Source: Candidatus Dormiibacterota bacterium (GTDB lineage: Bacteria > Chloroflexota > Limnocylindria > Limnocylindrales > CSP1-4). From it: 64,000 bases of DNA. Position 1 is the first letter of the stretch. The number at the start of each line of letters is the position of its first letter. The notes under the pieces were generated by a model, which saw only the letters and a program-made list of their open reading frames with translations, was not told where the DNA came from and searched no databases. The stretch is from contig DASQIK010000066.1 of assembly GCA_035631615.1 (NCBI GenBank), positions 15,852 through 79,851 of the forward strand, given 5' to 3'. Positions 42,321 through 52,805 of the stretch are shown piece after piece. The translations under genes were made by a program, and so were the position numbers.

Positions 42321-44666
42321 TCAGGCGGCTCCGAGCTCGGGCTCGGGCTCCGGCTCGCCCGAGGTGCCCTCGATCGTGACGTACGGCAACCACCCGAGCC
42401 AGCGCGGGAGCCACCAGTTCCAGTCGCCGAGCAGGGTCATCGTCGCCGGCAGGAGGACGCTCCGGATGAGCGTCGCGTCCACGAAGACCGCGACCGCGAG
42501 GCCCAGCCCGAGCTGCTGGATGAACACGAACTTGAAGGTCACGAAGACCGAGAAGACCACGACCATGATCGACGCCGCGCTGGTGATCGTGCCAGACGTC
42601 ACCGAGATCCCGCGCGCCACCGCCGCCCGCGAATCGAGCCCGCGGTCGCGCGCCTCCTTGATCCGGGTGAGGATGAACAGGTGGTAGTCCATCGAGAGGC
42701 CGAACAGGATCGTGAACACGAACACCGGAACCCAGCTCTCGATGACCCCGCCGGGCACGATTCCGAGCTGGTCCGCGAACCAGCCATCGCGGAACACGAG
42801 GACCATCACGCCGAACGCCGCGGCCGTTGACAGCAGGTTGAGCAGGATCGCCTTGATCGGGATCACGATCGACCGGAAGGCGAGGAGCATCAACAGGAAC
42901 GACAGCCCCAGGACGAAGGCGAAGATGCGCGGCTCCGCACCCGTGTAGATCCCGACCACGTCGAGGGTCGCGGCGGCCTGGCCCGCGACGTACATATGGA
43001 CGCCGCTCCCCTCCAGCGGCCCGATGATCTCCGGCCGGAGCTGGTCCCGGACCTCGAGGACGATTGCCCGGTTCGCATCGTCATTCCGGCCGCCGGTCAT
43101 CTGGAACGAGATCAGCTCGGCGGTGCCGTCCGCCGACGTCCGCCCGGTCGGCGGCCCGCCCACGCCCGAGATCGCGAGAATCCGGGTCTTCAGCTGCCCG
43201 ATCGCCACCTGGACGTCCGGCCGGTTCGCGCCGGTGACGACCACATCGAGCCGCAGGTCCTGTCCGAACGGGAACTTCGCGTCGAGGAGGTTGATCGCGG
43301 CAATCCCGTCGATCGACGCCGGCAACCCGCTGATGTCCGTCGTCCCGGTGCGAAGGCGCAGGACGGGCGACGCGACCGCGAGGAGGACGACGGCGCTCGC
43401 GACCGTCATGAGGACCGGCCGCGCCATGACCGCGCCCACGAGGCGCGCCCAGAACCCCGAGCCCGGCGGCCTCGCTGCGCGGCGCTCGATCGCCGCCTGC
43501 GCGCCACGAAGCCTGAGGAGTCGGGGCACCCACGTGATCGGGCGTCCGCGATTCACGCTGTCGCCGACGATTGCCAGCGTGGCGGGCAGGAATGTCAGGC
43601 TGCCGACGACCGAGGTCAGCACGACGGCCATGGTCCCGACCGCCATCGACGTGAACAGGCTGACCCCGAGCGTGAGCAGGCCGCCAAGCGAGATGACCAC
43701 GGCAATGCCGCTGAAGAACACCGCCCGGCCGGCGGTGCTGCTGGACGCCTCGATCGCGTCCGGGACGCTCCGACCCATGCGGCGCTCGATCCTGAACCGC
43801 GTGATCAGGAACAGGGAGTAGTCGACCGCGACAGCGAGTCCCATGAGCACGATCAGCTGCGATGCGTTCGGGCTGACCGGTCCGACGACCTGGCTGTAGA
43901 TCCCGAGGAACCCGTATGCCGCGGCCAGTGACGTCGCCGCCAGCACCAGCGGGATCAGCGAGGCGACGACCGCCCCGAACGCGATCAGCAGAATCAGGAA
44001 CGTCGCCGGGATCGTGAACCGCAGCGACCCATCGAGCTCCTCGTTGATGAAGCTCGCGATATCGCGGTTGATCCACGTGCTGCTGATCACGTGGATGTCG
44101 GCTTTCGGCAGGCCGGCGCGCGCGGCCTCTATGAGCGGCGGAATCGGGACGAGCTTCTGCGTCACCACCGGGCGCTCGCCGGGGATGTTGCCGACCACCT
44201 GGACGGTCGTCGCGTCCGGGGAGATGAGCCCGGACTGCGGCCCTGCGACGAACGGATCGACGACGCTGTCGAACGTGGGCTGATCGACGCCATCGACGGT
44301 TGCGTGGGCCGCGGTCAGGCTGACCACGAGGTTGTGGATCGCGGCCTGGAAGCCGGGGTCGGTCGCCGCTCCGTCGCCGCCGTTCACGACGACGACGAAC
44401 CGCTCGCTCGGCGCAACCGGGGCGCCGGCGCCGAGCACCTGGTAGGCCGTATCCGACTCGAGCTTGGGTGCGTTGGGATCGTCGCCGTTCACGTCGAGGG
44501 CGCGGATGCCACCGGCGGCAACGCTCCCGACGAGCATGCCGATGGTCGCCACGAACCACAGGGCGAACACCAGCCAGCGGTGGCGGACGCTCCACGTGGC
44601 GATGCGGACGGTCAGGGGGGCCCGGGTCACCCGGCGGAGTCTAGGTGGTGAGGTCCAGTGGGTCAT
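42321..44666 (-). CDS. MMPL-family (RND superfamily) membrane transporter
   Basis: 781 aa. Two blocks of about 6 TM helices each follow a periplasmic-type domain, with MDYHLFILTRIKE / VDYSLFLITRFR motifs. Confidence 0.9.
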   Translation of the reverse strand: MTHWTSPPRLRRVTRAPLTVRIATWSVRHRWLVFALWFVATIGMLVGSVAAGGIRALDVNGDDPNAPKLESDTAYQVLGAGAPVAPSERFVVVVNGGDGAATDPGFQAAIHNLVVSLTAAHATVDGVDQPTFDSVVDPFVAGPQSGLISPDATTVQVVGNIPGERPVVTQKLVPIPPLIEAARAGLPKADIHVISSTWINRDIASFINEELDGSLRFTIPATFLILLIAFGAVVASLIPLVLAATSLAAAYGFLGIYSQVVGPVSPNASQLIVLMGLAVAVDYSLFLITRFRIERRMGRSVPDAIEASSSTAGRAVFFSGIAVVISLGGLLTLGVSLFTSMAVGTMAVVLTSVVGSLTFLPATLAIVGDSVNRGRPITWVPRLLRLRGAQAAIERRAARPPGSGFWARLVGAVMARPVLMTVASAVVLLAVASPVLRLRTGTTDISGLPASIDGIAAINLLDAKFPFGQDLRLDVVVTGANRPDVQVAIGQLKTRILAISGVGGPPTGRTSADGTAELISFQMTGGRNDDANRAIVLEVRDQLRPEIIGPLEGSGVHMYVAGQAAATLDVVGIYTGAEPRIFAFVLGLSFLLMLLAFRSIVIPIKAILLNLLSTAAAFGVMVLVFRDGWFADQLGIVPGGVIESWVPVFVFTILFGLSMDYHLFILTRIKEARDRGLDSRAAVARGISVTSGTITSAASIMVVVFSVFVTFKFVFIQQLGLGLAVAVFVDATLIRSVLLPATMTLLGDWNWWLPRWLGWLPYVTIEGTSGEPEPEPELGAA

Positions 44667-44743
44667 GCGCCGCGCCGCGACGCGATGCAGCGCATGATGT
44701 CGATCGCCAGGCCGGAACGCATGTTGAGAGGACTGGACGGGGG

Positions 44744-45688
44744 ATGTCGGAATCGATGCGTCGGTCGCGGGCGCGTTCGAGCAGGATCGTGGCGACCGTG
44801 CTCGTCTCGCTCATCGTCTCGGCCTGCGGCGCAGGCGCAGCGGCGACAACCGGCGCGGCGACGGCGGGCCTGGCCGCGACCGGAGGAGCGACCTCCGCCC
44901 CGCCGACCGCCGCGAGCGCACCGGTATCAACGGCGCCGGCCTCGTTCCAGCTCGCAGTCAAGGGCGATCCCAATGTCACCGGCACGTGGGGCGCGAGCTT
45001 CGGCATCAACTGCAACAACCCGACGCTGACCGGCTACGACGTCCTCCTCTTCGCCCAGTCGCCCGACACCAAGGCGGTCGTGCTGATCACCCTGAACGCG
45101 GGCAGGATCGACGTCAGCGAACGGGCCGGCCAGGGCGCGACGTACACCGATCGCGAGTTCACGGGCATCGGCGTCACGAGCCTCGATCCCGCCCACGGCG
45201 GCGCATTCGACTCGGATCTGACGATTGTCCCGACGCCGAGCTCCAAGCCGGGCACGCTCGGCACCATCACGCATGTGTCCGGCACGGTCGACTGCGGGAA
45301 CCAGACGATCGGCGCCTCGACGGTGGTCGTGACCGGCTCCGATGCCGAAGGCCCGATCAACGGGCCATTCGCCCGCTTCCGGGCGACGTGCAACCACTCG
45401 GCGCAATACGGCAACAGCGCCGGCCTCGTCGGCGTCCTCACGGCCGGCTCGACAGCGACCTACTTCATCGTCAACTTCCCGGCGAGCGGCACGGCCACGA
45501 TCTTCTCGACGAGCGACAGCCCGCCGGCGCAGCACTCGTACACGATCGCGAAGTCCGGGACGTTAACCGTGTCGGCGACCGGCGCGCACGTGGATGCCGA
45601 CTACACCGAGGTCGTCACGGCTGGTGCGACGCCGCACACGATCCACCTCGCCGGCGACACAGTCTGCGGCACGATCAACAACGGCTAG
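44744..45688 (+). CDS. putative lipoprotein (function unknown)
   Basis: ORF 44645..45688 trimmed to the ATG at 44744. Signal peptide with lipobox LIVSAC. Beta-rich mature part. Confidence 0.7.
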   Translation: MSESMRRSRARSSRIVATVLVSLIVSACGAGAAATTGAATAGLAATGGATSAPPTAASAPVSTAPASFQLAVKGDPNVTGTWGASFGINCNNPTLTGYDVLLFAQSPDTKAVVLITLNAGRIDVSERAGQGATYTDREFTGIGVTSLDPAHGGAFDSDLTIVPTPSSKPGTLGTITHVSGTVDCGNQTIGASTVVVTGSDAEGPINGPFARFRATCNHSAQYGNSAGLVGVLTAGSTATYFIVNFPASGTATIFSTSDSPPAQHSYTIAKSGTLTVSATGAHVDADYTEVVTAGATPHTIHLAGDTVCGTINNG

Positions 45689-45988
45689 CGACCCCGAGAC
45701 CGGTCTTCCTGAGGATTCGGTGCCGTCGGGCGTCACGGACAGGATGTGGTAGCTCCCTCCGACGCGAAGGTCGATCGAGCACTCGGTCACGACATCCGCG
45801 AACGGCGCGAACCAATGGCGAACGTGCTCGGGGTTCGTGAACACGTCGAAGACGAGCGCGATCGGCGCGTCGAACTCTCGCGTGGTCACGATCTCGAGCT
45901 CGCTCGGGAACTCGAAGACGGCCGATCCATGCCGATTGGGTGTCACCGCTCCGCTCCTCGGTTCTGAAGGTCCGTCGGGCGAGGGCAT
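45563..45988 (-). pseudogene. truncated SRPBCC/AHSA1-like gene remnant
   Basis: From the ATG at 45988: LEIVTTREFDAPIALVFDVFTNPEHVRHWFAP...DLRVGGSY..VTPDGTE. Similarity stops near 45716. The reading frame then runs Arg-rich into the 3' end of the convergent lipoprotein gene. Confidence 0.4.
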
Positions 45989-46087
45989 CTGAAGACGTCG
46001 GATCGCGGCGCGACCGGCAACCGGGGCTCGTCCACGACGGCAAAGGATAGGTTCCACGCTCGCGCATTCGACGTATCGTTCGTCGCG

Positions 46088-46624
46088 ATGACGCCCGACG
46101 CGTTCGCCGCCACCGTCCTTGGCTGGCACGACTTCTTCCTCGCCGCGGCGGGTGCGTCCGCGGCGCTGCTCGGGCTCCTGTTCGTTGGGGTGTCGATCAA
46201 CCTGGCGGCGATCGCGGCAGACGAGCGGGTCGACCTCCGCGCCCGCGCCGGCCAGGCGTTCACCAACCTCGTGTTCGTGCTCCTGATCGGCCTGATCATG
46301 CTCATCCCCGACAACGACCCACGACTGCTCGCGCTCGGGCTCGCGGTCGTCGCGGCGGTGGCGCTTGCCAGGGTTGCCATCAACGTGTTCGGGCTCGTGC
46401 GGGCACGAGCCCACATGCGCGATCGCTATTCGACCCTGCGGCGGATCGGGTGGACCGCGGTCGCGAACGTCGTCCTCGCGTTCACGGCGTGGCGGCTCTG
46501 GGACTCCGATGGCGCGGCGGACGTCATCGGCAATCTCGTGATCGTCGTCTTCGTGCTGCTCATCGGCGCCGCAGACATCGCGTGGGAGATGCTCACCGAG
46601 GTGAGCGACGCGGCCGGCCGCTGA
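46088..46624 (+). CDS. hypothetical membrane protein (4-5 TM)
   Basis: 178 aa with clear hydrophobic helices and high GC3. Confidence 0.65.
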   Translation: MTPDAFAATVLGWHDFFLAAAGASAALLGLLFVGVSINLAAIAADERVDLRARAGQAFTNLVFVLLIGLIMLIPDNDPRLLALGLAVVAAVALARVAINVFGLVRARAHMRDRYSTLRRIGWTAVANVVLAFTAWRLWDSDGAADVIGNLVIVVFVLLIGAADIAWEMLTEVSDAAGR

Positions 46625-46726
46625 ACCGCGCAATCGCCGACGTGGCCAGCGGCAGGAAGGCGCTGGGCCTGCCGATGAGGCGCCCGACTCCCACCGAGGC
46701 TTCGTCGGCGTGGCGGGGCGCGGAGC

Positions 46727-48274
46727 TCAGAGCTCCTGGTTGTCGATCTGGGCGCGCTGGAGGCGGCCGCTGAAGTCGACGTAGATCGACTTCCACTCGG
46801 TGAACGAGTCGAGGGCGGCGTGGCCCGCCTCGCGGTGGCCGTTGCCCGTCTCCTTCCAGCCGCCGAACGGCAGGTGCGTCTCGGCGCCGGTCGTGCCGGC
46901 GTTCACGTAGACGATCCCCGTCTCGAAGTCGCGCATCGCGCGGAAGGCGAGGTTGACGTCGCGCGTGAAGATCGACGACGAGAGGCCGTAGCGGGTCTGG
47001 TTGAGGGCGGTCATCGCGGCGTGGTAGTCGGCGACCGGGATCACCGACAGCACCGGCCCGAAGATCTCCTCCTGGGCGACGCGGTCCATCGGCTTGATGC
47101 CGGAGAAGATCGTCGGCGAGAAGAAGTTGCCGTGCGCGAGGTCGCCGTCGGTCGCGGCGGCCCCGCCCAGCACGAGCTCGCCCTCCGTCCGACCGATGTC
47201 GACATACGACCCGACCTTCTCGACTGCCGCCGGATTGATGAGCGGTCCGACGTCGGTCGTATCGAGCAGGCCGGAGCCGAGTCGGAGCTTCTTCGCCCGT
47301 GACTCGAGCTTCCCAAGCAGCGGCTCGACAACCGACTCCTCGACGATCACTCGCGAGCACGCCGTGCACCGCTGACCCGTCGTGCCGAACGCAGACCACA
47401 GGATGCCGTCGGTCGCGAGGTCGAGGTCGGCGTCCTTCAGGACGACCACGGCATTCTTGCCACCGAGCTCGAGCGAGACGCGCTTGAGCCGCCGGGCGGC
47501 GCGCTCGGCGATCGACTTGCCAGTCGCGGAGTGGCCGGTGAACGAGATGACGTGGACATCTGGCGAGTCGACGATCGCATTGCCGACCTCCGCGCCGGAC
47601 CCGGTGACCATGTTCACGACGCCGGCCGGGAAGCCCGCCTCGGCCATGAGCTCGACGACGAGGGTCGCGCAATGGGGCGTGTCGCTGGCCGGCTTCAGGA
47701 CGACGACGTTGCCGGTGACCAGTGCCGGCATCATCTTCCAGCATGGGATCGCGATCGGGAAGTTCCACGGCGTGACGATTCCGGCGACGCCGATCGGCTG
47801 GCGGACGCTCATCGCCCACTTGTCGGGCAGCTCGCTCGGCACCGTCTCGCCGAACATGCGGCGGCCTTCGCCGGCCATCAGGAACGCGATGTCGATGCCC
47901 TCCTGGACGTCGCCACGCGCCTCCGGGAGGACCTTGCCCATCTCCCGCGTCATCGCCCGCGACAGACGCTCCTTGTTGTCGGCCATCAGCTGCCCGAACC
48001 GGTACAGGATCTCGCCGCGCTTCGGCGCCGGCGTCGCCTTCCAGCGCGGGAGGGCCATCTCCGCAGCCCGGATCGCCTTCGCGGCATCGGCGGCGGTTCC
48101 CGCCTGGAACCGCCCGACGACATCGCGCCGATCTGCCGGGTTCAGGCTCTCGAACGTCTCGCCAGACACGGATTCCACCCACTCGCCGGCGATGAACATC
48201 CGGAAGGTCGGCGGCTGTTCGGAGGTCGGCGTGGACGGATTCGATGGAACGGGGCGGGCTGCCGTGTCGGTCAT
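46727..48274 (-). CDS. NAD(P)-dependent aldehyde dehydrogenase
   Basis: 515 aa. FPIAIPCWK, SFTGHSATG, LELGGKNA (catalytic Glu) and GQRCTACSR (catalytic Cys) are ALDH signatures. Confidence 0.9.
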   Translation of the reverse strand: MTDTAARPVPSNPSTPTSEQPPTFRMFIAGEWVESVSGETFESLNPADRRDVVGRFQAGTAADAAKAIRAAEMALPRWKATPAPKRGEILYRFGQLMADNKERLSRAMTREMGKVLPEARGDVQEGIDIAFLMAGEGRRMFGETVPSELPDKWAMSVRQPIGVAGIVTPWNFPIAIPCWKMMPALVTGNVVVLKPASDTPHCATLVVELMAEAGFPAGVVNMVTGSGAEVGNAIVDSPDVHVISFTGHSATGKSIAERAARRLKRVSLELGGKNAVVVLKDADLDLATDGILWSAFGTTGQRCTACSRVIVEESVVEPLLGKLESRAKKLRLGSGLLDTTDVGPLINPAAVEKVGSYVDIGRTEGELVLGGAAATDGDLAHGNFFSPTIFSGIKPMDRVAQEEIFGPVLSVIPVADYHAAMTALNQTRYGLSSSIFTRDVNLAFRAMRDFETGIVYVNAGTTGAETHLPFGGWKETGNGHREAGHAALDSFTEWKSIYVDFSGRLQRAQIDNQEL

Positions 48275-48293
48275 GATCGAACGATAGCGCGCC

Positions 48294-49223
48294 TCAGATG
48301 TGGCCTCGCTCGTTGCGAATTGCCCAGGGCTGGAGGATCGCGTACGCAGCGTCGGTCCACGGCGTCGCGAGGCCCGTCCCGCGCCCGAGCCGCCACAACG
48401 TCCCCTGGAGCGCCTCCAGCTCCATGCGATGCCCAGTCAGGAGGTCGTGTCGGAGCGACGCTGCCTCGTCGTCCTTCTGGGCCATGACGAGGTTGTACTG
48501 CCGATCGACCAGGTCGTCCGCGAGCGGCACACCGAGTGCGCGACCGACCGTCCACGCCTCGGTCATGACGGCGCGCAGCATCGCCGAGGCGGCTTCCGAA
48601 GCTCGGATGTCGCCGATCGTGAGCTGGGTCGCGGCGGTCACCGCCGAGAACGCGACGAGCAGCACGTACTTCTCCCACTTGGTCGTGGTCACGTCGGTGC
48701 CGGCATGGGCATCGATGCCGCCGGCGCGCGCGGCCTCGACGAAGCGCTCGACGCGCGGGGTCGGCGGGCCGGCCTTGAGCTCGCCGATGACGATCCGGGC
48801 GCGACCGCTGCGAACGATGCCCGGCGACTCGATTGCGGCGAGGATGTACGCCGACCCACCCAGCACGTGCTCTTCGCCCACCGCGGCCGCGATCTTCGTC
48901 TCGTTGTCGATGCCGTTCTGGAGGGAGATGACGCCGGTCCCCTCCCCGATCAGCGGCGGCAGGTGCCCGGCCGCCGACTCGGTGTCGTAGGACTTCACGA
49001 GGAACAGCACGATGTCGACCGGCCCGATCGAGGCCGGATCATCCGTCGCGCGGACGGCAACGTTCGAGCGCTCGCCGTCGGGCGTCACGAGCGTGAGGCC
49101 GTGCTCGCGCATCGCCTTGAGGTGGGCACCGCGCGCTACCAGCGTGACGTCCGCCCCGCCCTTCGCCAGGCACGCGCCCAGGTACCCGCCGACCGCGCCC
49201 GCCCCCAGCACCGCGACCTTCAT
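48294..49223 (-). CDS. panE: 2-dehydropantoate 2-reductase (ApbA/PanE family)
   Basis: ORF 48294..49607 trimmed to the ATG at 49221-49223. MKVAVLGAGAVGGYLG Rossmann start, then LQNGI, KWEK and LRHDLLTG...E patterns. Confidence 0.75.
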   Translation of the reverse strand: MKVAVLGAGAVGGYLGACLAKGGADVTLVARGAHLKAMREHGLTLVTPDGERSNVAVRATDDPASIGPVDIVLFLVKSYDTESAAGHLPPLIGEGTGVISLQNGIDNETKIAAAVGEEHVLGGSAYILAAIESPGIVRSGRARIVIGELKAGPPTPRVERFVEAARAGGIDAHAGTDVTTTKWEKYVLLVAFSAVTAATQLTIGDIRASEAASAMLRAVMTEAWTVGRALGVPLADDLVDRQYNLVMAQKDDEAASLRHDLLTGHRMELEALQGTLWRLGRGTGLATPWTDAAYAILQPWAIRNERGHI

Positions 49224-49285
49224 CGCAGGTTCCTCACGGTCGGGAGTGTATCGACGGCTCCCGGCCGTCCGTGATCGAGCGGCCG

Positions 49286-50524
49286 CTACACCCGCTCGAA
49301 CGCTGCCGCGACGGAGCCGCCACCGCCGAGGCAGAGCGTCGCGAGGCCGTAGCGGCCCTGGCGGCGGCGCAGCTCGTGCAGCAAGGTCGCGACGATTCGT
49401 GCTCCCGACGCGCCGATCGGATGTCCGAGCGCGATCGCGCCGCCATTGACGTTGACCTTCGACCAGTCGAAGCCGAGCTCGCGGCCGTCGGCCAGCGTCT
49501 GGGCCGCGAACGCCTCGTTGATCTCGATGAGGTCGAAGTCGCCGATCGTCATGTCGAGCTGCTCGAGGAGCTTCGTCACGCCCTTGACCGGCGCGAGGAA
49601 GAGCCACTTCGGCGCGACCTCGGCCTGGGCGTAGCCGACGATCCGAGCCAGCGGCTTGAGCCCGAGCCGTTCGACCGCGCGCTCGGACGCGACGATCGTG
49701 GCGGCGGCGCCGTCGGTGATGCCGGGCGCGTTGCCCGCGGTGACGGTGCCCTCGGTTGCCGCGCCGCTGTCCTCGCCGGTCGGGAGGTCGAAGACGGGCT
49801 TCAGGCGGGCAAGCGCCTCGGCGGAGGTGTCGCGCCGTGGCCCCTCATCGGTGTCGACGACCGTCTCGCGCCCCTTCGCGTCCCGCAGCGTCACCGGTGC
49901 CAGCTCGTCCGCGAAGCGGCCGGCGTCCTGGGCGGCGATTGCGCGCTGGTGGCTCTGGAGCGAGAACGCGTCCTGGTCCTCGCGCGAGACGTGGTCCTTG
50001 ATCGCGACCCGCTCCGCGTGGGTGCCCATGTGGCAGTTCTCGATCGAGCACCACAGGCCATCGTGGACCGCGGCGTCGACGAGCGTCGCGTCGCCCAGCC
50101 GGTAGCCGAAGCGGGCTTTCGGCAGCAGGAACGGGGCCATGTTCATGGACTCCATGCCGCCCGCCACGGCGACCTCGGCGTCACCCGCCTTGATCTCCGC
50201 GGCGGCGAGCATGATCGCCTTGAGCCCGGAGCCACAGACGCGGTTGATCGTCGTCGCGGACGTCGTGTCCGGCAGGCCCGCGAGGAGTGCCGCGTGCCGC
50301 GCCGGCGCCTGGCCCGCGCCGCCCTGCAGCACCTGGCCCATCAGGACCTCGTCGATCGGGGTTCCCTCGGGGAGGCCGGCCCTGGCCACGGCAGCGCGAA
50401 TTGCCACGCCCCCGAGCTCGACCGCCGGCGTGCCCGACAGCACGCCCCCGAACTTGCCGATCGGCGTGCGCGCCGCGCTGACGATGTAGACGTGGCCGTT
50501 CGGCCCGGGTCTCTGGGGAGTCAC
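49286..50524 (-). CDS. acetyl-CoA C-acetyltransferase (thiolase II)
   Basis: 412 aa. VCGSGLKA (active Cys), NEAFAAQ, NVNGGAIALGHPIGASG, LCLGGG. Confidence 0.9.
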   Translation of the reverse strand: MTPQRPGPNGHVYIVSAARTPIGKFGGVLSGTPAVELGGVAIRAAVARAGLPEGTPIDEVLMGQVLQGGAGQAPARHAALLAGLPDTTSATTINRVCGSGLKAIMLAAAEIKAGDAEVAVAGGMESMNMAPFLLPKARFGYRLGDATLVDAAVHDGLWCSIENCHMGTHAERVAIKDHVSREDQDAFSLQSHQRAIAAQDAGRFADELAPVTLRDAKGRETVVDTDEGPRRDTSAEALARLKPVFDLPTGEDSGAATEGTVTAGNAPGITDGAAATIVASERAVERLGLKPLARIVGYAQAEVAPKWLFLAPVKGVTKLLEQLDMTIGDFDLIEINEAFAAQTLADGRELGFDWSKVNVNGGAIALGHPIGASGARIVATLLHELRRRQGRYGLATLCLGGGGSVAAAFERV

Positions 50525-50558
50525 CCGTCGAATCTACATCGCCGCGCTCGAGCGTCGG

Positions 50559-51359
50559 TCAGTTGCGGTCCTCGGCGATGGCGAGGATGTTGCCGTCGGC
50601 GTCCTTGAACCAGGCGGTGAGAGCCTCGCCGGAGGCGTCGAACAGGATGCCGTCGACGGTCTTCTCGCCGTCGCCGAAGTCGTAGTCCTCGAAGACGACG
50701 CCGTTGGCGCGGAGTCGATCGACCTCGTCGCGGAGGCCGACGAGCCGCCACACGCCGACCGTGTTCCTTGCGGTGCCGGCGAAGTCGGTCTTGTAGACCT
50801 CGAACCGGCTCTCGCCGGACCGGTAGTCGAGGACGAAACCGCCCATCTCGTTGGCAGGCTGGAAGCCCAGCTTGTCCGCGTACCACGCCTTTGCCCGTTC
50901 AATGTCGGCCGCGGCGATCATCGTCGTGATCACGCCGCCCTCGGGAACCGTCGCGTCGCTGACGAGGCCGACAATGTTGCCGTCCGGGTCCTTGAACCAG
51001 GCGTTCATGAAGCCTGACGGGTCGGTCATGATCCCGTCGACGGTCTTGATATCGCCGAAGTCGTAGTTCTCGAGCTCGACACCGTTGGATCGAAGCCGCC
51101 CGACCTCGGCCGGCACGTCGGCGACGACCCAGTTCATGACCGTGTTCTTCGCGGTTCCTGCGAACTCGGATTCGTACAGCGTGAACGCGGAGCCCGGGGG
51201 CAGGACGTAGACGAGCGTCCCCGGCGCCTCGATCGTCGGCTCCCAGCCCAGCTTGTCCGCGTACCAGCGTCGCGAGTGCGCGAGGTCCGAGACGGCGAGG
51301 CTCGGGTGGATCGGGGCGGCGGTGATCACCGTCGGCATCGTGGCTGTCGTCTGGGTCAT
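50559..51359 (-). CDS. tandem VOC (glyoxalase/bleomycin-resistance/dioxygenase fold) protein
   Basis: ORF 50559..51587 trimmed to the ATG at 51357-51359. Two homologous halves, each ...WYADKLG(W/F)...FAGTA(K/R)NTV...FKD(P/A)DGNI... Confidence 0.8.
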   Translation of the reverse strand: MTQTTATMPTVITAAPIHPSLAVSDLAHSRRWYADKLGWEPTIEAPGTLVYVLPPGSAFTLYESEFAGTAKNTVMNWVVADVPAEVGRLRSNGVELENYDFGDIKTVDGIMTDPSGFMNAWFKDPDGNIVGLVSDATVPEGGVITTMIAAADIERAKAWYADKLGFQPANEMGGFVLDYRSGESRFEVYKTDFAGTARNTVGVWRLVGLRDEVDRLRANGVVFEDYDFGDGEKTVDGILFDASGEALTAWFKDADGNILAIAEDRN

Positions 51360-51472
51360 GGCTTCCTCCGGCTGGGAGTCGAGCCTACCCCGGGATTGCC
51401 GGTCGTGCGTTGCTCGACGCCGACGGGGACGTCGCGATCGCGATCGAGGCTTTGGACGCGGACGGGGCCGCG

Positions 51473-51516
<44 letters not shown>

Positions 51517-51635
51517 ATCGAGGCGAGAGCTGCGGCCGCAGACTGCCAAGCCCGGGATCGCGATCGCCGCCAGATGCAGGCCACCACGCGACTGGGGCAA
51601 GGTGCGCAAGGGGCTGTCGCCCCGGTGTAACGCGG

Positions 51636-52805
51636 TCAGGTCCTCGCTCGGTCGAGCACGGCGTCCGCGACGATCAGGCGGTGGACCTGGTTGGTGCCCT
51701 CGTAGATCTGGGCGCCCTTCGCGTCACGCATCAGGCGTTCGATGCCCGTCTCGCGGGAGTAGCCACTCCCGCCGAAGAGCTGCACGGCATCGGTGGCCAC
51801 CTTCATCGCAGTGTCCGATGCCGTCCATTTGGCGAGCGACGAGAGCTCGCCGATCGGCTCGCCCGCGTCCTTGGCGCGCGCGGCCTCGTGCACGAGGGAC
51901 CTCGCGGCGGCGACGTCGCGCGCCATCTCCGCGAGCATGAACTTGAGGCCCTGGAGCTCCGACAGGGGCGCCCCGAACGCCTTCCGCTGCTGGAGATATG
52001 CGGCGGACTGCTCGAGTGCCGAACGGGCGATGCCGACGCAGCCCGCGCCGATCGAGATGCGGCCCTCGGCCAGGCTCGAGAGCGCGATTCGGTATCCCCC
52101 ACCCTCTTCGCCCAGCCGGTTCGCCGCGGGCACGATCGCGCCGTCGAAGATCAGCTCGGCAGCCGGGCAGGCCCGGATGCCCATCTTCTTCTCGTGGGCC
52201 CCGAACCGGAAGCCGGGCGTCCCCTTCTCCACCAGGAACGCGGTGATCCCCTTCGGTCCCTTCGACGGATCGACGGTCGCGAACACGAGGTAGCGATCCG
52301 CCTCGGGCGCGTTCGAGATCCAGATCTTGGTGCCCTCGAGCCGGTACGCGGCGACGCCGTCCGCGCCATCGATCGGCGTCGCTCGCGTTCGAAGCGCCGC
52401 GGCATCGCTGCCACCCGACGGCTCGGTCAGGCAGAACGCCCCGAGTGCCTCGCCCGCGATCATCGGCGGCAGCCAGCGGGCCTTCTGCTCGTCGTTGCCG
52501 TAGTTGAGGACCGGGAACTGCGACAGCAGGTGCACCGACAAGGTGACCGCGCTCGCCATGTCGGCGGCCCCGATCTCCTCCATCACCAGCGCCCAGCCGA
52601 GGTAGCTGAACCCGCCGCCCCCGATCGATTCGGGCAACGGCGCGCCGGTCAGTCCGAGCGCGCCCATTCGGGCGAAGATCGACCGGTCGAACCGTTCGTT
52701 CTCGTCGCGCTCGATCGCGGTCGGCGCCACCTCGCGCTGCGCGAACTCCCGCGCCGTGTCGCGGAGCAGCCGCTCCTCGGCGGTCAACCTACCTTCGCCG
52801 GTCAC
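51636..52805 (-). CDS. acyl-CoA dehydrogenase
   Basis: 389 aa. CLTEPSGGSD, WISNA, GYSRE..IERLMRDAKGAQIYEGTNQV. Confidence 0.9.
   Translation of the reverse strand: MTGEGRLTAEERLLRDTAREFAQREVAPTAIERDENERFDRSIFARMGALGLTGAPLPESIGGGGFSYLGWALVMEEIGAADMASAVTLSVHLLSQFPVLNYGNDEQKARWLPPMIAGEALGAFCLTEPSGGSDAAALRTRATPIDGADGVAAYRLEGTKIWISNAPEADRYLVFATVDPSKGPKGITAFLVEKGTPGFRFGAHEKKMGIRACPAAELIFDGAIVPAANRLGEEGGGYRIALSSLAEGRISIGAGCVGIARSALEQSAAYLQQRKAFGAPLSELQGLKFMLAEMARDVAAARSLVHEAARAKDAGEPIGELSSLAKWTASDTAMKVATDAVQLFGGSGYSRETGIERLMRDAKGAQIYEGTNQVHRLIVADAVLDRART

Noticed and set aside
42338-42362. GCTCGG-like repeat similar to the 51475 microsatellite
   Set aside because: It lies inside the MMPL gene and encodes its EPEPEPE C-terminal tail. 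It is short and imperfect, so the similarity is probably a coincidence of GC-rich composition.
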